Below, one piece after another: positions 26,847-35,305 of a stretch of DNA of 37,409 nt. Under the pieces are notes generated by a model. It was not told the origin of the DNA, made no database searches, and saw only the letters and a program-made list of their open reading frames with translations. Position 1 is the stretch's first letter; the number at the start of each line of letters is the position of its first letter. The position numbers were made by a program, and so were the translations under genes. Location: positions 1 to 37,409 of IMG/VR virus record IMGVR_UViG_3300044580_000163. The stretch is one strand, 5' to 3'. The stretch is from a virus. Taxonomy: Duplodnaviria; Caudoviricetes.

Positions 26847-27173
26847 CTATTCCTTTTTGACGAATCCCCTATCCAGAGGATGAATATATTGCCCACCATT
26901 CCCTGTCAAAGGAAAAACACTACCATTCAACAAATATGTGATGAGTTGCGCCAAAGCAGAGGAAATCGATTTTCCTGTGCCGGTTACATTGTCATCACCA
27001 TTACTGACCATTGCATGGAATACTCGTTGCTTATTGTTTTCGTGGTCAATACCAGGTTCAACCTGCAATACCCAATCTCCTGGACATAATCTTTTTGCAA
27101 TGAGTAATAGATCCCATGCAATTTCACCAGTGGCCTTATACGTATTGATAACTTGCTCAGTATATTTGTCCAT
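26847..27173 (-). CDS. AT-rich hypothetical protein between parA and its putative partner
   Basis: 108 aa; purine-rich RBS; visibly lower GC than the flanking genes. Confidence 0.65.
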   Translation of the reverse strand: MDKYTEQVINTYKATGEIAWDLLLIAKRLCPGDWVLQVEPGIDHENNKQRVFHAMVSNGDDNVTGTGKSISSALAQLITYLLNGSVFPLTGNGGQYIHPLDRGFVKKE

Positions 27174-27181
27174 TCCTTTTC

Positions 27182-27211
27182 CTCTCTTTGTTCTCCGCGT
27201 CTCCGCGTGAG
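27182..27211. repeat. Short tandem repeat CACGCGGAG-ACGCGGAG-AACAAAGAG (minus strand)
   Basis: Fills the parA-27173 intergenic gap. Confidence 0.55.
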
Positions 27212-27216
27212 ATGCA

Positions 27217-27957
27217 TTACATCGCCTTGATCAATCTCTCCAAACACTCCGCGTACCCGTTCAGCGCCCTGGACGGACCCATCTCCCACAGCGTCTTCCC
27301 CAACCTTGACGCCTCCCTGCAGCTCGTATCCTGCGGGATCGTTGGCCACACCAGCCCGTTGAAGTTCTCCGCCAGGTTGGCAAGCTGCGAGTGGGATTCA
27401 TTCGTCACCCGGTCATAGAACGTGGGGATGATCCCCGCCACCTGGCACTTGCTCTTCGTCGCCCTGATCACAGACTCCAGCGACTTGAGACTCTCCATCA
27501 CCCCGTCCGCGCTGAACTGGTCCAGTTTCGTCGCCACCACCAGAAGATCGGACGCCACCAGGCTGGCCATGTGCAGCACATCCACGCTCGGCGCGCTGTC
27601 CATCAGCACCACATCGTACCGGCGCTCATAACCTTCCAGACCGTCTTTCAGCGCCATCTCCCGAAAGTCCCTGGCTGCCAGGATCTGCTTGAGCTGGTAC
27701 GTCTGCTTGTCCGAGCGGATCACGTCCAGCCGCGGCCTTGCGTTCACCGCGCAGCTCACCAGTTCCTTACCGCTCACCAACCAATCGAACAGCGCCGGGC
27801 CCTTCTCGATCCCCAACGAATCGCTGACATTCCCCTGCGTGTCCAGGTCGATCACCAGCACCTCATACCCCTTGAGCGCCAACCCATGCCCCAGCGTCAC
27901 CGTCGTTGTCGTTTTCCCCACCCCACCTTTTTGATTTGCGATCACAATAATGCACAT
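27217..27957 (-). CDS. parA: ParA/Soj-family Walker ATPase
   Basis: NQKGGVGKTTT, IDLDTQGN, DSAPS, IIPTFYD. Confidence 0.95.
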   Translation of the reverse strand: MCIIVIANQKGGVGKTTTTVTLGHGLALKGYEVLVIDLDTQGNVSDSLGIEKGPALFDWLVSGKELVSCAVNARPRLDVIRSDKQTYQLKQILAARDFREMALKDGLEGYERRYDVVLMDSAPSVDVLHMASLVASDLLVVATKLDQFSADGVMESLKSLESVIRATKSKCQVAGIIPTFYDRVTNESHSQLANLAENFNGLVWPTIPQDTSCREASRLGKTLWEMGPSRALNGYAECLERLIKAM

Positions 27958-27968
27958 TTTTTCTCCTT

Positions 27969-28005
27969 GTCATTGCGAGCGACCGGAGGGAGCGAAGCAA
28001 CCCCC
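27969..28005. repeat. GTCATTGCGAG repeat (copy 3)
   Basis: gtcattgcgagcgaccggagggagcgaagcaaccccc, directly upstream of the parA RBS. Confidence 0.85.
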
Positions 28006-28011
28006 GGTAAC

Positions 28012-28814
28012 TCAAAATAATTTCATCTCTGGACGTTTTATCCAGATCATCTCGGTTCTCTTCTTCCCCATTCCAGTGACCGCCGAATGAGCGTATGAGG
28101 TCCAGCTCGAGAAAAGCTCCTCATACAGATCTGATCGATATCCGCTCAGGACAACATTTCCATCGACCTGATTCAATACATTACCCAGGACGATATGCTC
28201 TTCTTTCGTCTCCATCGGATGAGAATATGTCACAGCTCTTGATGAGCAAACGTCTGAAAGATATGGAGGATCAACAAAGAAAAGAGTTTTTGGTGTATCG
28301 TATATTTTGATTACCTTTTGCCAATCCAAGTTTTCAATGATCACTCCATCCAATCTTTCAACAAAATATGGAATTGCCTCCAAATAGCTTTTGAATCGAA
28401 AACCGGGATCATGTCTGCAATTTGAAAAACCTCGTCTGAACCCATTTTTTCTAAATATTGAGTCTGAACCTATTCCACTGAAAGAACGAAAGACAATTCT
28501 TCTAGCATCATCAATTTCATTGACTGGAATTGAGTAACAATCATCATATTCAGCAGATGCAAATGGCGTCAGCTCGAGGAGATGTCTCAGCTCCTCGCTC
28601 TTGACTGGATCCCGCAGCACCCGAAATACATTCACGATTCGCTCATCGATCTCGTTGTAGATCTCTGTCCGGCTCGGAGCCTTGAGCCCAGCACAGATGC
28701 CCCACCGCCAAATACTTCGACATAAACTTCGTGTCGTGGAAAATGCTCGATGATCCACGGCGCCATCTTCCATTTACCTCCCGGATAGCGCAGAACTGGC
28801 CGTTTTGGTTTCAT
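28012..28814 (-). pseudogene. DNA adenine methyltransferase (D12/Dam-like) split by a 1-bp frameshift near 28688
   Basis: LRYPGGKW...YVEVFGGGASVL in one frame; LKAPSRTEIYNE...IENLD...FVDPPY in another. Confidence 0.85.
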
Positions 28815-30283
28815 TTTGCCTCCGTGAGCAATGCTGTACACAATGCTTTTGCCGTTCGTACCGGCACTGCATTTCCGATCTGTTTTACCTGCAGATTGCG
28901 ATTTCCATTGAAGTGATAGTCTGAAGGAAATGACATCGCCGCGGCCAGTTCTTTCGGCGTCAACATTCTGAAAAGGACGTCGACGATTGTCTGGCGCCCA
29001 TCCGCCATTGGCATTACCAAACCGAACCGATCTTTGCTCGTTACCGTATCCAGCGGATCATCAACACTCTGCGGCCCACCCGTCGAGTAATACTTCACAA
29101 GGAAGGGCTGTGCCAACGCGAAGGCATTGGTGCCGGTGATCGTCGGCATAGGATCCTCAATCGATCTCGGCTTGATATCCGTTTTCGTGTGTTCGAGCGA
29201 AAAGATAAATGGCTCACACAAAAACAAATGGTTTCCACCTCCCGTAATTGTTGGCAACGGTTTTTCGATATCTGATCCAATCGCATTTCCATACATCTTC
29301 ACGATGTAAGGTTGGCAAAGTGCAATCGCTCCTGCACCGGCTACGGTTGGAATTGGTTGTTCAGTTGATCTGGGCGACGCTTTGCTCTGTTGTCCAATAA
29401 CGAAAGGTTGACACAACCCGAATTGGTTGCTGGTGGCCACGGTCGGGAGTGGAGAATCCAGTGACCCGATCCGCTCCCCGCCCTTATAGGTTTCACCGTG
29501 GTATTCAGCCAGGAAAGGTTGTCCGCCGAACTTCTCTAATCCCTTGATGATCCGTCGCATGGTGTTTTCGCTAAGCGGCTTCTTGCGGTCAAAGATCGAA
29601 TTGCCTTTGATGGACCAATCGATGATCTCTCTTGCCGGGCGCCAGCGTTTGCTCTGTGCCAAGAACCCGAGTTGCCCGGCTTTTGAATGTGTAGGCTCCG
29701 GCCACTGGATGGATTTATGTGATTTTCTCGCCAGGATGAATAGGCGCTCCCTGGTTGTTGCATCGCCATAATTCGCGGCATTGATCACGCGGTACTCGAC
29801 CACATAATCCAGAGCTTTGAGGCGTTCAATAAAGTTCAGGAAAAGCTGACCTTTGAGACGTTCCACCGGTCGACGATTCTCATCCAGTGGACCCCAGCTC
29901 ATGAACTCCTTCACGTTTTCGATGAGGATGTTTTCGATATACAACTTTTCAGCCCACATCGTCACGAAATCAGCCCCGGCCCGGCTCTGTTCATCCATGG
30001 GCTTTCCGCCACGAGCGATCGAATGGTGGGTACATTCCGGAGAAGCCACCAGTAGATCAAGGTGTCCGCTCGGGACCACATCCAGCGGCTTCACGTTGTT
30101 CAGGTTCGCGCAAAGATGCTGAACACCTGGGTGATTCGCTGCGTGTGTGCTGATCGCCACATCCCAATGATTGATCGCGGTAAGATGCAGGTCATATCCA
30201 AGTTCTTTCACAGCCTGGATAAGTCCGGTGGACGTTCCACCCGCTCCCGCAAAAAGATCAACTGCTTCGATGATTCGGTTCAC
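28811..30283 (-). CDS. DNA (cytosine-5) methyltransferase with five internal repeats
   Basis: DLFAGAGG, SPEC, ENV, RERLF, QIGNAVP motifs. Confidence 0.95.
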   Translation of the reverse strand: MNRIIEAVDLFAGAGGTSTGLIQAVKELGYDLHLTAINHWDVAISTHAANHPGVQHLCANLNNVKPLDVVPSGHLDLLVASPECTHHSIARGGKPMDEQSRAGADFVTMWAEKLYIENILIENVKEFMSWGPLDENRRPVERLKGQLFLNFIERLKALDYVVEYRVINAANYGDATTRERLFILARKSHKSIQWPEPTHSKAGQLGFLAQSKRWRPAREIIDWSIKGNSIFDRKKPLSENTMRRIIKGLEKFGGQPFLAEYHGETYKGGERIGSLDSPLPTVATSNQFGLCQPFVIGQQSKASPRSTEQPIPTVAGAGAIALCQPYIVKMYGNAIGSDIEKPLPTITGGGNHLFLCEPFIFSLEHTKTDIKPRSIEDPMPTITGTNAFALAQPFLVKYYSTGGPQSVDDPLDTVTSKDRFGLVMPMADGRQTIVDVLFRMLTPKELAAAMSFPSDYHFNGNRNLQVKQIGNAVPVRTAKALCTALLTEAK

Positions 30284-30552
30284 TTCGCGCCTTCTTCCCG
30301 ATCGATCAACTTCACCTTCCGCTGGACCGGCTTGCCAATGAACAGATGCCTTTCCAGCGTCCCGGCTTCAACCTTCACCGGCAGCCCATCCACATCCATC
30401 GACAGCTGCGGTAGGTCCTTCGCGTTCACATGGACATACTCGGCTTCATACCCAAACCGCACCAGGTGCCTTTCCCTGGCCATGCGCACATTCTCTTCCA
30501 GGCTCTTCTGTGGATCCATCAACCAAAGAATTCCAACACCCAGATCGCTCAT
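30280..30552 (-). CDS. Hypothetical protein
   Basis: GAGGAGG RBS at MSDLGVGILW; ATGA overlap with the methyltransferase. Confidence 0.72.
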   Translation of the reverse strand: MSDLGVGILWLMDPQKSLEENVRMARERHLVRFGYEAEYVHVNAKDLPQLSMDVDGLPVKVEAGTLERHLFIGKPVQRKVKLIDREEGAK

Positions 30553-30572
30553 AAATCCTCCTCGTTGCCTTT

Positions 30573-30595
30573 GTAGGGGCGAATGGCATTCGCCC
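30573..30595. repeat. GTAG-family REP (copy 3)
   Basis: GTAG-GGGCGAATG-g-CATTCGCCC; one mismatch to the 25534 copy. Confidence 0.85.
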
Positions 30596-30608
30596 TTTTC
30601 AATATAAA

Positions 30609-31033
30609 GTGAACATTGGTGAACATAAGTGAACATTGATTCCCAATCCGCCCGGCATCCCCATTTTTCCGTGGTTCCCTGCATGGCAAAAAAAACCGGG
30701 AAGAACTATATAATTCACATAAGTGGTAAAGTTCACAGCAAAACCCTGTTTTGACCCTCCCTCATAGCTCCTTTTGCCAGGGGAACCCCTCAAAATAGCC
30801 ATAAACAGGCCAATTACCACCTGATTGAATAATTGCAAACTGTAAATTAGTGAACTTGTGAACTTTGGTGAACTTGTTTTGGGGGTATAGTATTTGCTAT
30901 GTCGCACGACAAAACAAATTACACCCTCGGAAGTAAGTTCACGTAAGTTCACCATGTTCACTTTCATGGTGAACTTTCGTCCCGCAAGAGCATGAAATGC
31001 ACGAGCAGGGGCTTCATCATTCACCATGTTCAC
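30609..31033. repeat. Iteron array (GTGAAC/GTTCAC), putative replication origin
   Basis: 12 exact hexamers in both orientations, several at ~10-bp spacing, in AT-rich DNA just downstream of the primase gene. Confidence 0.75.
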
Positions 31034-31158
31034 GAAAACCACTTCAAATGACTTTTTCGCATTGCTTTTATGCGAAAAAGCATTGATCGGGTGGTTTGAG
31101 TCCTGGGCGGGCGTTCTTTGCCCGACCATGGGCATGCTCAGCAGGGAGGAAGGTTTAT

Positions 31159-34029
31159 TCATCCCTCACCTCCTCCAATCTCCATCTGCTTCGCAGCCGG
31201 CTTCGGCGCGTCTTTCGCAATATCCTCCGGATCGATCCCATACTGGCGGCTCAATTCTTCCATCCTGGTCTGATTCCAGTACACCGCGAACCCCTTGTTC
31301 GTCTTCCGCTTTGAGATCTCGAGCTGCATATCATCCCGCAGCAATCGACCGATCTTGTGCGGGCTCAACTCGTTCCGCCTCATCTTCGTGGCGCCGTCCT
31401 CCGAATTCGACCCATCCGAGTTTTCCTCATCAATGATCGAGTTCGCGATCTTCGTGATGCTCCCCACCAGGATCTTCTCATCTTCCCCGCCTTCAAGCAT
31501 CACCATCTCTTTATGCAGGTCCGGGTACTTGTAGATCTTCCACATTGCTTCCAACACCCTCGCCACGATCGTCATCGATTTGCTCTGAGTCAGCTCGGCA
31601 TAATACTCGCGCAGGAATTGTCGCATGTCCGCCTGCAGCTCCGGATCGTCCTCGGCCACCATCATCAACGCCCCGGTCACCTGGTTCAAACGAGCCGAGA
31701 TATCCACCTCGTAATATTCATCCTTGACCTCGATCTCGGGTTTCCAGTGCTCCAGACGCCATCGCACCAGTAAATTGCGGATATATTGTGTCTTCTCGTG
31801 GATCTCTTCCGTCACGTGCAGCGGGATCTTCCTCAGCAGCAGCTCGCGCATTCCGTGTTCCTGGATTCTGAACGTGATCGACCTGTTCCCGACCGCGTCA
31901 TCCCTGAAATCGCGTCTCATTGCGATCAGCTTTGGGCAATAGGTCCGATAGCTCTTATTGACGTATGTTCGCCTGCCGTCCGGACCGACCATTTCCTCGG
32001 TCCTCCAGATCGGATGTCCCTTCATGGCACCGAAGTTCAAGAACTTCACCCGCTCGTCGCTCGCGTCGCTTTCCTTGAGGTCGGCTTCATCCATGAACAC
32101 CGTTCCCCGCCAGCGTTCCACGCCCCTGAACAGCGTCGACACCGTATCCGCGCCGCCCCCCGTCATCATCCGATAGCAGCACAGCCCCACCCGGTACATC
32201 AGCTCAGACTTACCAGCGCCGCTTGCCCCGGTCGCTCGCAGGTATGGGAGCGCGTCGAAACAGTCATACACCCACGTCATCAGCGTCCAATAGCTGATGA
32301 TCTTTCCGGTCAATGGATTCGGCAGAATATAGACCGAATTGATATACAGCTCGATGATCTTTGCCAGCTCACGCGTCGGTTTGCTCTCCCCAAGCGCCGA
32401 TGGCCACATCACCGCCCGTTCCCTGTACTCCTCTCCTGGGTTCTCAGGACGATATTTGATCCCTTCGATGACCACTTCGTATCCGCTGTCGATCTTACCG
32501 TTCGGATCTCTCCAGCACAGACTGGCCCGATGCTCGCTCCGATCGTACAGATACTCCAGCAGCCAGCCGTTGATGTTCCCCCCCAGTGTGTAGACTACTT
32601 CCTCCCCCTCCCCGTTGCCTTTATTCGCCTGATTCTTGCTGGCCTTGATCATCCCTTTCAGATCACGTTGGTTACACCCGATTGTTTTGGCCAGCAATGA
32701 GGAATATTGCGAGAAGTCCACCTCCCCCATCTTTGCAAATACTTCGCAGGCTTCCTTCATTGCCTCGTATTTGTTTGCGCCGTCCTGGTTGCCAACCCAT
32801 TGCGCCAGTCTCTCCGCGAAGGTGGGGCTGTTGTTCAGTTTGGCTCCCACGACCTGACCCATCGTTTTCCCATCGATCCCGGCCTGGTTCATCCCCAGCA
32901 GCAGGTCGTTCGCGTCCTTCACTTCCTTCTGAACCCCATCAGCCGAGATGAACGTCTTGATATTGCTCGTGCCGTGCCATTCCACCAGCCGCGAAAGTGG
33001 TCCGAGCAGCCGGGCGATCTTCCATTGTGCCAGGTTCCCCGCCTTGTCCGCATCCAACCCCAAATAGAAGATCGGTCTGCGCGCGATATCCTCACGTTTT
33101 GCTCCCAAAAAGTGGGCGATCTTGTCATCCGCGGCCACCCCGTTCAGCGCCACCGCTGCGATATCCATTTGCTGCAGGCTGATCGCGTCCGCCTGGCCCT
33201 CAACGATCACGCAATATGATTCCGAGCTGGACCATCGCGAATTCAAATACAACTGGCGCTCACCCACCAGGCTTGCCGGTAGGTTGTAATGGCTCTTTTC
33301 CTTGATCCCCCGCAGGCTAAGGTAGGCAGCCCTACCCGCTATGATATGCGTATAGACCAACCTCTCCGAACCGATGATTCCGGGGATGTAATCCTTCTCG
33401 ATCCATCCCTCCAGCTCTTTTGACATCGGCAGTTGGTAATCGTGAGACCATTGCCGCACCTCGCCCTTCATCCCGAGGATCGCCACAGCAGCAGGAGACC
33501 GCGGATCCACGCCGTTCCTGCCGAATTCGTTCCGCATCCGGTAGATCAGGTCCGCTTTGCGCTCCTGGTCCCCCGTGTAGCCGATACGCGCCTCTGTGAT
33601 CGTCTCATTTGACCACCCGCGGCCCCTGGCATATTTGAGCGCTTCCTCGTTGTCCCACAGCCACGCCGAGAACACAGCAGCAGCAACCTCCAGCGCGTCT
33701 TCACGTGCCCTGGCAGCCATCCGCACCGCAGGATCCTCAACCTTCCATTCTGGCGGCTTCATCCCCACGCGCCTGCAGAGCAGTTCCATCGCCGCTTTGA
33801 AGTCGATACCTTTGCGTTTCTGTACCCAGGCGATCACATCGCCATGTTCGCCATTCGAGTTCCAGAAGTAGGCTTGGTTATGGGTGTCCACCACAAGGCT
33901 GTCGTGCTCCCGGGTGGTCAGATAACGACCGTGTCCTTCGAGAGTGAAGCCAGATTCCTCAGCGATCACATCCTCAATGCGATTCGCCTGTTTGACTTGG
34001 TTCGTCAGTTCATCAATGGAAATTGCCAA
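31159..34029 (-). CDS. Replication protein: degenerate CHC2-like domain, TOPRIM primase and C-terminal P-loop NTPase
   Basis: HGDVIAWV, IVEGQAD, LDADKAG, KDANDLL; GASGAGKS Walker A and FMDEAD Walker B; TTG start with GGAGG RBS. Confidence 0.88.
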   Translation of the reverse strand: MAISIDELTNQVKQANRIEDVIAEESGFTLEGHGRYLTTREHDSLVVDTHNQAYFWNSNGEHGDVIAWVQKRKGIDFKAAMELLCRRVGMKPPEWKVEDPAVRMAARAREDALEVAAAVFSAWLWDNEEALKYARGRGWSNETITEARIGYTGDQERKADLIYRMRNEFGRNGVDPRSPAAVAILGMKGEVRQWSHDYQLPMSKELEGWIEKDYIPGIIGSERLVYTHIIAGRAAYLSLRGIKEKSHYNLPASLVGERQLYLNSRWSSSESYCVIVEGQADAISLQQMDIAAVALNGVAADDKIAHFLGAKREDIARRPIFYLGLDADKAGNLAQWKIARLLGPLSRLVEWHGTSNIKTFISADGVQKEVKDANDLLLGMNQAGIDGKTMGQVVGAKLNNSPTFAERLAQWVGNQDGANKYEAMKEACEVFAKMGEVDFSQYSSLLAKTIGCNQRDLKGMIKASKNQANKGNGEGEEVVYTLGGNINGWLLEYLYDRSEHRASLCWRDPNGKIDSGYEVVIEGIKYRPENPGEEYRERAVMWPSALGESKPTRELAKIIELYINSVYILPNPLTGKIISYWTLMTWVYDCFDALPYLRATGASGAGKSELMYRVGLCCYRMMTGGGADTVSTLFRGVERWRGTVFMDEADLKESDASDERVKFLNFGAMKGHPIWRTEEMVGPDGRRTYVNKSYRTYCPKLIAMRRDFRDDAVGNRSITFRIQEHGMRELLLRKIPLHVTEEIHEKTQYIRNLLVRWRLEHWKPEIEVKDEYYEVDISARLNQVTGALMMVAEDDPELQADMRQFLREYYAELTQSKSMTIVARVLEAMWKIYKYPDLHKEMVMLEGGEDEKILVGSITKIANSIIDEENSDGSNSEDGATKMRRNELSPHKIGRLLRDDMQLEISKRKTNKGFAVYWNQTRMEELSRQYGIDPEDIAKDAPKPAAKQMEIGGGEG

Positions 34030-34240
34030 TTCATACCTCCAGCCAAAAATGGTGATTCCCGAACCTTTTTGAATATGCTCTCAAATCTGCCTTACCCGAC
34101 TCTAGGTGCTGGGTCAACTCGTGCGCGTCGGATACCCCCTCCCCCCTTCGTGATCGTGCAGGCATGCGCGTTATGCGACATAGATTTATTGTGATAATGG
34201 GCATCTTTTGCCTCTCAATGGATCCTTTTCCTGCGTTCTG

Positions 34241-34267
34241 TGTCGCATAATGTATAGTTATGCGACA
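34241..34267. other. Symmetric dif-like tyrosine-recombinase site
   Basis: TGTCGCATAA-TGTATAG-TTATGCGACA perfect 10-bp inverted repeat; extra half-site at 34171-34180. Confidence 0.8.
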
Positions 34268-34340
34268 TCACGGCGTTCCTTGGTCCCGAATACTTTTCGA
34301 TCATCCTCACCCAGGTGGGGTTTGGCGGTGAATTTGGGAA

Positions 34341-34529
34341 CTATGAGATTTTTTCTACTACTGCATTTATCTCCAAAGCTGGAACGGACAAGGGCTTCTT
34401 TGCTTCGTATTCTCTGGCACACTGCCACCACAATGCCACAGCACGTCTCCATATTGGATAGTGGTCGGGAGGGCATTCGATATATCGAACCTCCATCTGA
34501 CATTGGACAGGCTGTGAACGTTTGCCCAT
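34341..34529 (-). CDS. Hypothetical protein
   Basis: 62 aa; co-oriented; starts 10 bp after the upstream stop; weak RBS. Confidence 0.4.
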   Translation of the reverse strand: MGKRSQPVQCQMEVRYIECPPDHYPIWRRAVALWWQCAREYEAKKPLSVPALEINAVVEKIS

Positions 34530-34538
34530 AAATCATCA

Positions 34539-35027
34539 TCAATGACGAGCAGCCAATTCTTGGCGTACAATCTTTTGGATATACTGTTTCAACTCAGGCG
34601 ATATGACTGCCTGGTATGAAGGATCAGGTATGTATTCCGATGTAACACTAGGTCTATACCCAGAGGCTTTCAGGTAGGATTGTCTGGCAAATGCGAGTGC
34701 ACACTTGAGTGAATCAAAATCACGACACTCCTTCGCGCTTGGAATGCATCTATACCGCAATAATCCAGACCCACTCGCTTTTATCTTGAAGAAGATAATT
34801 ATCCTTATGCATTGTGGAATATCTTCCAATGACCAGACGCATCTCAAGAAGTCAGGGGTTTTGACAACGATATGAATAAAAGGTGCCATTGACCTGCCAA
34901 CCAGCATCAAAATCCGCTCATTCAATTGTTCTTCTTCTGGTGAACTTGGAGGTTCCTTCGCCTTCATCTCAGCATCACCCTGGGCAATAAGTTGTTCAAT
35001 CTCCTTCATGATTTCAGGCGTGTTCAT
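34539..35027 (-). CDS. Hypothetical protein
   Basis: 162 aa; ATGA overlap with the upstream gene. Confidence 0.7.
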   Translation of the reverse strand: MNTPEIMKEIEQLIAQGDAEMKAKEPPSSPEEEQLNERILMLVGRSMAPFIHIVVKTPDFLRCVWSLEDIPQCIRIIIFFKIKASGSGLLRYRCIPSAKECRDFDSLKCALAFARQSYLKASGYRPSVTSEYIPDPSYQAVISPELKQYIQKIVRQELAARH

Positions 35028-35293
35028 GATCTACCTTCCCCTTTATTCTTGCGTTCCCGGGCTTTGGCCAATGGTGCATCACGCCGGATTTCATGAACGG
35101 TTTTTTTATTGGATATCTTCTTTGAATGAGAGAATTCAGGCTTCGGAGACTCTTTTACAGATCCACGTTTAGATTTCTTTGCGTCAATATTCGAAGGAAT
35201 TGGTAATCCGTTATCGGTGCAATTACCATCCGACGAATCGGGCAATTCATCTTTTGTTGATTTACTGCGGTTGAATATCTTTGGCCATTTCAT
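35024..35293 (-). CDS. Hypothetical basic low-complexity protein
   Basis: AAGGA RBS; coupled to the next gene. Confidence 0.55.
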   Translation of the reverse strand: MKWPKIFNRSKSTKDELPDSSDGNCTDNGLPIPSNIDAKKSKRGSVKESPKPEFSHSKKISNKKTVHEIRRDAPLAKARERKNKGEGRS

Positions 35294-35305
35294 AGGGAAT
35301 CCTTT

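Noticed and set aside
28685-28692. Phase-variable homopolymer switch in the adenine methyltransferase
   Set aside because: The run is only three Gs, too short for high-frequency slippage
21536-31033. CRISPR array or integron cassette array
   Set aside because: Repeats belong to different families, are not regularly spaced, lack attC RYYYAAC/GTTRRRY ends, and the recombinase lacks the IntI-specific insertion
30599-31162. 187-aa ORF spanning the iteron field
   Set aside because: Its VNMVN-like repeats simply reflect the GTGAAC hexamers and no protein motif is recognisable; the ATGA overlap means it cannot be fully excluded
34134-34146. C-rich tract as a cos/pac site or G-quadruplex
   Set aside because: Far from terS and only two G runs; not enough evidence for either
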